Source: a bacterium (GTDB lineage Bacteria; Hydrothermota; Tepidihabitantia; SM23-42; JAOAFX01). Taken from it: a DNA stretch of 61,786 nucleotides. The stretch lies in contig JBNAVN010000008.1 of NCBI GenBank assembly GCA_049700315.1, positions 1-61,786 on the forward strand. The letters run 5' to 3'. A program made the translations under genes and the position numbers. This document shows positions 56,025-61,786 of the stretch, in pieces. The notes under the pieces are model-generated. The model saw only the letters and a list, made by a program, of their open reading frames with translations, was not told where the DNA came from and searched no databases. Position 1 is the stretch's first letter. Each line of letters starts with the position of its first letter.

Positions 56025-58334
56025 GTGACCAGAATTTTCATTGTATTATTTTGTGCGACAACTTCCATTTATTCTGCAGAATTTGGTGTTATCAAAGGGT
56101 TTGTTTCGGATGCTAAGAATGGGGAAAGATTGGCTTATGCAGATGTTGTTCTGAAGAATACTACAATGGGAACGAGCACAGATGAAAAAGGTTATTACTA
56201 CATTTCACGGATTCCTGAAGGGAATTATACAATCGTTTTTTCATACCTCGGTTATGAGACAGTAGAAAAAGAGATTGAAATAAAGGCAGGACAGGTTTTC
56301 ACACTCAACATAGAGTTAAAACAATCAGCGATTGAGATGCCCGAGGTTGTGGTCTCGGCTGAGCGTGAAAGGTTTGACAAGAGCGTTGAAGTTAGCCATA
56401 TCACTTTTACGCAAAGGGAGATAAGATCAGTCCCTGGCCTTTTTGAATCGGATTTGATAAAGACCCTGCAGTTGATGCCTGGAGCTATTGGGATGCATGA
56501 TCTGTCAAGCAAATTATATGTGCGCGGTGGAAGTCCGGATGAAAATCTGGTTCTGCTTGATGGTATTACAATCTATAACCCCGCAACCCATCTATTCGGA
56601 TTGTTTTCCACATTCCAGCCTGATGCAGTAAATGAAGCGGAATTATATGCAGGTGGATTTCCCGCAAAGTATGGAGATAGACTTTCAGCAGTCCTTGATG
56701 TGACAACAAAAGAAGGGAATTCAAAAAAATACGAAGGTAGTATTAGCATTGGTCTTATTACATCAAAATTGCTCGTTGAATGTCCAATTCCAAAAGGGTC
56801 GTTTTTATTCAGTGGAAGGCGGACATATTTTGATGCCTTAATCTGGGGATATTCACATATCTTTAATAAGGATGTTGAACTCCCTTACTATTTCTATGAT
56901 GGTGTGGCAAAGATGAATTATAATCATTCAAGCGAGAATCGTTTTACCTTTACGGGATTTGGTGGAGCAGATGTTATCTCTTTCTCTGAAGGTGAACCAC
57001 CATCAGAAAAAGTGGATCTGGTCTGGGGTAATCGTGGTATATCAGGAAGATGGCGTCGGGTATTCACACCAAAACTTTATGGTGAAATCCTCGGTGTCTG
57101 GAGCAATTTCTTTACAGATTTGAGTTATATAGATTACTATGATTCAACCGCAAATATGAAATTATACGAAAATATAAAGAGCCTCACTGGTAAGTGTGAT
57201 TTTGCCTATATCCATAATGAAGGGCACACATTTGATTTTGGATTACAGGAAGAAAATTTAAGTGTAAAACAGCAATGGGAAGTTGAAGAAGGGATATTCG
57301 GACCACCAGAACAAAATTCTAATCTCGTCGCAATATATTTTCAAGATAAATGGCAATGCATAAAACCGATTCTTTATATTCAACCGGGTATAAGATTGAT
57401 TTATTATAATCAGGGAAATCGGTTTCTTTATAATCCACGCATTGGGTTAAAATATCGTTTCCAGGAAAATTCAGCACTCAATCTTTCGGCAGGAAAATAT
57501 AACCAATTCTTGATTACGATAAATAGTCAGGAATCATATTTTTCAATCTTTGATTTCTGGCGGCCCGTTGATAGCATCCATCATCCACCGGTTGGCTACC
57601 ATTTTATATGTGGCATTGAAAAATGGCTTGGCGAAGGCACTAATTTCAATATTGAAGTTTATTATAAAAAATACTACAATCTTTTGATACCACGCGAAGA
57701 AGATATATTTTTTAGTGTTCCCACAGAAAGTTTGCGTGTGGGTAATGGGTATGCTACAGGCTTTGATATTTTTATCAAAAAGAGTTTTAAGGATTACTTT
57801 GGCTGGATAAGTTATACATTTGGCTATACAAGAAGGAGTGTGGGTGATATTTCTTATTTTCCAAGATATGATAGAAGGCATAATTTGAATGTAGTGTTAG
57901 GATTTATCATTCCTAAATCAATTTTGTTTCTTAAAGATGGTAAACTTGATTTGCGCTGGTATCTTGGTTCTGGCCTTCCTTATGCCGAGGATATCGCAAG
58001 GTACCGCCATTATTATTATTCGGAATTTGATACAACCGGTAATTATCCAGATTCCTGGTGGGAGTATATAAAAGGAGACAGGGATGCCTTCAGATTACCA
58101 TTATCACACCGGCTTGATTTACATTATGAAAAAGAAATAAAGGTTTTTGGCTTAAATGGTGGCTGGTACCTGGATATTATCAATCTTTATGCACGAAAGA
58201 ATGTATTATTTTATGATTATGAATATTTTGACTACAACACTGGACAGGAATATGACCCACCAAAAAAGGTTGGTTATTCAATACCGCCGATTGCCATTCC
58301 AATCCCTTCTTTTGGATTTAATTTGAGATTTTGA
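56025..58334 (+). CDS. TonB-dependent receptor with N-terminal carboxypeptidase-regulatory-like domain
   Basis: Signal peptide, GTSTDEKGYY, EVVVSA, plug LQLMPG...YVRGGSPDENLVLLDG, GGFPAKYG, INLY, terminal Phe. Confidence 0.92.
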   Translation: MTRIFIVLFCATTSIYSAEFGVIKGFVSDAKNGERLAYADVVLKNTTMGTSTDEKGYYYISRIPEGNYTIVFSYLGYETVEKEIEIKAGQVFTLNIELKQSAIEMPEVVVSAERERFDKSVEVSHITFTQREIRSVPGLFESDLIKTLQLMPGAIGMHDLSSKLYVRGGSPDENLVLLDGITIYNPATHLFGLFSTFQPDAVNEAELYAGGFPAKYGDRLSAVLDVTTKEGNSKKYEGSISIGLITSKLLVECPIPKGSFLFSGRRTYFDALIWGYSHIFNKDVELPYYFYDGVAKMNYNHSSENRFTFTGFGGADVISFSEGEPPSEKVDLVWGNRGISGRWRRVFTPKLYGEILGVWSNFFTDLSYIDYYDSTANMKLYENIKSLTGKCDFAYIHNEGHTFDFGLQEENLSVKQQWEVEEGIFGPPEQNSNLVAIYFQDKWQCIKPILYIQPGIRLIYYNQGNRFLYNPRIGLKYRFQENSALNLSAGKYNQFLITINSQESYFSIFDFWRPVDSIHHPPVGYHFICGIEKWLGEGTNFNIEVYYKKYYNLLIPREEDIFFSVPTESLRVGNGYATGFDIFIKKSFKDYFGWISYTFGYTRRSVGDISYFPRYDRRHNLNVVLGFIIPKSILFLKDGKLDLRWYLGSGLPYAEDIARYRHYYYSEFDTTGNYPDSWWEYIKGDRDAFRLPLSHRLDLHYEKEIKVFGLNGGWYLDIINLYARKNVLFYDYEYFDYNTGQEYDPPKKVGYSIPPIAIPIPSFGFNLRF

Positions 58335-58344
58335 GATCAAAAAT

Positions 58345-59094
58345 ATGAAGGGGAATAAGGGGCAGATAAAGAGAATTAAGATTAATTTATTCCTTTTATT
58401 TATTCTGAGCCTTACAGTTTGTGAAAGGCACAATGAAGAGTTTGAACCACTCTTGAATGTCTATTGTGTTCTTAAAAATAATTTGTCATATCAGAAGGTC
58501 GTTGTTGATAGAACCTATGAGATGGATGAAAAGTCAATTTATGACCTTGAAGATGTCCAGGTGATCTTATCAGGAAATGGTATATGTGATACACTCGTTC
58601 CAGATTCATTATATGGAGATTCGGGTCTTTTTAGAACCCGTGATAGTTTTCCTGTTAACTCGGGTGAAGGATATTTTTTACGGGTTTCAGCAAAAGGATT
58701 TGATACACTCACAGGTATGACAACTGTTCCTGATTCTTTTCAGGTGATTTATCCTGATGAAGGTGATACAGTGAGCTTAATGGATAGTCTTATTTTCAAG
58801 TTTCTAAAAAGTAATCAGTTGTTTTGGATTAGTGGATATTTTCAGGATTCGTTGTCAATATATAATGTCGTGGGAGTTATAAAGGATACTATTTATGTAC
58901 TGCCAATCTCTTCTTTTGCTTCAGATAACGGATTTTACAAAATAAAAATTTCAATTCCAGATTCTAATTTTGTAGATTATTTTTATTGGCATTTTAACTC
59001 AATTCCAAAGTGCGGGGTTGAAAATGGCATAGGATTATTTGGAAGTATGTATGTTAAAGAAATAGATTTTTATGTAGGTTTTGAACAAAAGTAG
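58345..59094 (+). CDS. DUF4249-like lipoprotein partner of the TonB receptor
   Basis: Hydrophobic stretch ending LTVC, YFLRVSA...LTGMTTVP, C-terminal VENGIGLFGS. Directly after the receptor. Confidence 0.72.
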   Translation: MKGNKGQIKRIKINLFLLFILSLTVCERHNEEFEPLLNVYCVLKNNLSYQKVVVDRTYEMDEKSIYDLEDVQVILSGNGICDTLVPDSLYGDSGLFRTRDSFPVNSGEGYFLRVSAKGFDTLTGMTTVPDSFQVIYPDEGDTVSLMDSLIFKFLKSNQLFWISGYFQDSLSIYNVVGVIKDTIYVLPISSFASDNGFYKIKISIPDSNFVDYFYWHFNSIPKCGVENGIGLFGSMYVKEIDFYVGFEQK

Positions 59095-59122
59095 TTGCAA
59101 TTTCTAGTTCAACCTGCCATTC

Positions 59123-59227
59123 TTAGACTTAAGTCTAAATTTGCACCCTTGACTTTTTTTGTTTCGTGAATATATTATATTCGTAGATATAAAGAGTTAA
59201 AACAAGCTGCAAGCGGACTTAAGTCTA
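59123..59227 (+). promoter_or_regulatory. promoter flanked by two copies of a palindromic operator-like site
   Basis: TTAGACTTAAGTCTAA (59123-59138), TTGACT-16-TATATT (59149-59176), GACTTAAGTCTA (59216-59227). Confidence 0.6.
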
Positions 59228-59257
59228 TGTTGTGAAAAAAAGTCTGAAAGGAGGCTT

Positions 59258-61786
59258 ATGTCAGGGGTGGTGTTTTTGAAGAGAGGGGCAATTCTTATGT
59301 TGCTCCTCGGTGCATTGTTTTTATGGGCAGAATGGGTGCCTTTTGGTACCGAGCGAATACAGAAGAAAACAACAATAGATGTAATATCCTCAAACGAATA
59401 TTCGGCGCAAATATTAATAAATATTTTTGGTGCTGAAGTCTCTGAATATGATGCAGGCAAACTTACAGATACTGGAAAAGAAGTTTTTGCATTGTTAAAG
59501 ATTGATGAATATGCCTTTACCGGAGAAATTGGTAAACCCAAATTGCCAATGGTAACTGCTGTTTTGGATGTTCCACACAGGGCAGAGATCAGAGTCAATG
59601 TTATTTCTGCAGAATATAATGAGTTTGATTTAAGAACACTGGGGATTGATAAAAGGATTGCACCGGCACTGCCGAGTGTGATTAAGAAGCCAGGGGCAAA
59701 GGCAGAATTTATTCTTGATGAAAAGACCTATTCAACCGATGCATTTTATCCGGATAAGATTGCTGATGTTTATGAAGGTGATGCAGGGCTTGCCCGTGGA
59801 CACAGGCTTGCAACATTGAGGGTTTATCCGGTGCATTACAATCCAGTGGCAGGGAAGATCAGGGTTTATAATAATATAAGAGTGAAAGTAGATTTTTTGG
59901 GTGGTGATATCCTTGAGACCCAGCGGGTGATTGCAAAGGATTTTTCAACAGTCTGGGAAGAATTCATAAAAAGGACGGTAGTAAATTATCCTGAATATTT
60001 AAAGGGGGTTCCACCATTGCCAATTTACTATGACATTTTCTACAATGGTCAGGCACAGACTGTAGCAAACAAACTTGCCCAGTGGAAGAAGAAAAAGGGA
60101 TATAAAATTAGAATGTGGAATGCAGGCGGCTGGACTGCAGCAGCGATAAATGATACGATAAGAACACGCAATCCTCTGGCAACATTTCTTGTAATAATTG
60201 GTGACCCGAATTCAAGTTCAATTGCCTTACCACCATCAGGAACTGGTTCTTCGTCAGGAGACCAGACTGATCTGTATTATGCAGAAGTGAATGAATCAGG
60301 TTATTTGCCTGATATGTTCAATGCCCGTATTTCTGTCCTTGATACAATTGAAGGCAATACAGTCGTTAACAAGGCGATTCGGTGGGAACATGCAAATTTT
60401 GGTTCAGCAGGCACTGCCTGGCTTAAGAAAGCGTGTTTCATTGCTGGCTATGACGGAAGTTACCAGGGAGTTGGCATGGCAACAAACTGGTATTGCCGAA
60501 ATCTACTTGTTCCTTACGGATATACGGTTGATACATTGGTGTATGCTTCTGGTGAACAGGAAGGCAGGGTTGTTGCCCAGATAAATGCCGGACGAGCATG
60601 GATGGTCTATACTGCCCATGGAAGTCAAACATCATGGGCTGTTGGATATTCAGGCGACTTTAATGTTACTGAATTGACAAATCTCACAAATAATCTTGAT
60701 ATGTACTGTTTTCCTGCAGGTCATTGTTGTTTGACTGGTGATTATCAATATTCTACAAATTGTTTTGGTGAGACCTGGGATAGACTCAATGGCAAAGGGG
60801 GAATTTGTTACTTTGGAAGCGTTCCATCCACATACTGGGATGAAGATGACTGGTTACAACGAAGATATTTTGACGCGATATACACTGATAGTATCACAGG
60901 CAGGCTCTATGAAACAGGCAGATTTACCCAATGGGGTTTATACTGGATTGAGAACCATACGAGTTCAAGTCTGAAAAGATATTACTTTGAAGCATACCAT
61001 CTTTTCAATGACCCATCTTTGGATTTCTGGACTGATATTCCACAGAATATGGTTGTCAGCCATAATGCGGTTGTATTCCCTGGTTCACAACAATATACTG
61101 TGACCGTGACCGGTGGTGGAAGTCCATTACAGGATGCACTGGTCTGCTGCTGGATTAAGACCCAAAATCCAGAAATACATGTCTCTGCTTATACAAATGC
61201 CTCTGGAGTCGCTGTTTTGAATATAAATCCTACCACTCCGGGTGATACAATGTTCGTCACGGTTACCAAACATAATTATCTTCCTTACGAAGGCTATGCA
61301 ATAGTAACAAACCCTTCAGGCCCTTATATAGTTCTGGGCAGGATGATCATCAATGATTCTGGAGGAAATGGCCAGGCAAATCCAGGAGAGACGGTTAATC
61401 TTGGTATTTATGGCAAGAATGTGGGTGTATCAACAGCACAGGGTGTTTATGGTAAGTTGACCGAGTCCGACCCTTATGTTTCCATCTCCATTGATTCATC
61501 CTGGTATGGAAATATTCCTGCGAATGATTCGGCTTTAGGTAATCCATATTACAGGTTTACGGTTGCAAATAATTGTCCGAATAATTACAGCGTCAACTTT
61601 ACCCTTACTTTCCGTGATGCGAGTAATAATACCTGGACCTCCAATCCAGTTATAACAGTTTATGCACCGGTTTTGACCTATCAGAGTTATCAGGTTGTTG
61701 GTGGAAATAACAATGGTATATTGGATCCTAATGAGACCGCGAATTTGGTGGTGACGATCAAGAATGAGGGTGGTGCTACTGCTTCA
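59258..61786 (+). CDS. C25 (gingipain-family) cysteine peptidase, partial at window end and absent from the ORF track
   Basis: AAGGAGG RBS, ATG 59258, signal peptide, propeptide GEIGKPKLP, IIGD, TDLYY, catalytic YTAHGS and GHCCLTG, YHLFNDPSL, then repeated Ig-like modules (GNGQANPGET, NNGILDPNET). The frame stays open to the window end. Confidence 0.9.
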   Translation, partial: MSGVVFLKRGAILMLLLGALFLWAEWVPFGTERIQKKTTIDVISSNEYSAQILINIFGAEVSEYDAGKLTDTGKEVFALLKIDEYAFTGEIGKPKLPMVTAVLDVPHRAEIRVNVISAEYNEFDLRTLGIDKRIAPALPSVIKKPGAKAEFILDEKTYSTDAFYPDKIADVYEGDAGLARGHRLATLRVYPVHYNPVAGKIRVYNNIRVKVDFLGGDILETQRVIAKDFSTVWEEFIKRTVVNYPEYLKGVPPLPIYYDIFYNGQAQTVANKLAQWKKKKGYKIRMWNAGGWTAAAINDTIRTRNPLATFLVIIGDPNSSSIALPPSGTGSSSGDQTDLYYAEVNESGYLPDMFNARISVLDTIEGNTVVNKAIRWEHANFGSAGTAWLKKACFIAGYDGSYQGVGMATNWYCRNLLVPYGYTVDTLVYASGEQEGRVVAQINAGRAWMVYTAHGSQTSWAVGYSGDFNVTELTNLTNNLDMYCFPAGHCCLTGDYQYSTNCFGETWDRLNGKGGICYFGSVPSTYWDEDDWLQRRYFDAIYTDSITGRLYETGRFTQWGLYWIENHTSSSLKRYYFEAYHLFNDPSLDFWTDIPQNMVVSHNAVVFPGSQQYTVTVTGGGSPLQDALVCCWIKTQNPEIHVSAYTNASGVAVLNINPTTPGDTMFVTVTKHNYLPYEGYAIVTNPSGPYIVLGRMIINDSGGNGQANPGETVNLGIYGKNVGVSTAQGVYGKLTESDPYVSISIDSSWYGNIPANDSALGNPYYRFTVANNCPNNYSVNFTLTFRDASNNTWTSNPVITVYAPVLTYQSYQVVGGNNNGILDPNETANLVVTIKNEGGATAS

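Noticed and set aside
1236-57881. The many 60-170 aa ORFs antisense or out-of-frame to the called genes
   Set aside because: They overlap well-supported genes and show no recognisable motifs.
59197-60974. Short ORFs 59197..59598(-), 60291..60584, 60438..60635 and 60738..60974
   Set aside because: They are shadow frames of the long C25 peptidase gene that the track missed.

Overview
Low-GC bacterial chromosomal segment with no mobile-element cargo. The many secreted proteins carrying a T9SS/FlgD-Ig-type C-terminal domain (CTD), a Bat operon and a gingipain-like protease suggest an FCB-related lineage such as WOR-3 (inference only). Left end: a selenocysteine decoding locus (selA-selB convergent on, and overlapping, tRNA-Sec/selC), an RlmI-like methyltransferase and a full moxR-DUF58-batABCDE operon. 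Directly upstream lies the best find, a gene the ORF track truncates. It really runs 14068->13004 through an in-frame UGA (13955-13957) in a UxxC motif, followed by a two-stem SECIS hairpin, and so encodes an exported Omp28/thioredoxin-fold selenoprotein with a signal peptide and a T9SS-type CTD. The middle is mostly housekeeping: flavodoxin, uppP, DGGGP-synthase-like UbiA, comF, addBA, CDF transporter, miaA, cmk, rfbBCAD, two pilT, recG, nrdJ, phzF, bioY, amrB/A, larB, ftsEX-envC, trmI, xerD, TMTC-like TPR protein and buk. The right end has three CTD-bearing secreted proteins, a REP-like palindrome cluster with a (TCTTA)7 tract, a TonB-dependent receptor plus lipoprotein, and a partial C25 peptidase. 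Window-wide signals are promoters with an almost invariant 16-bp spacer, many apparently leaderless genes, and palindromes and heptamer repeats inserted in-frame in coding sequences.
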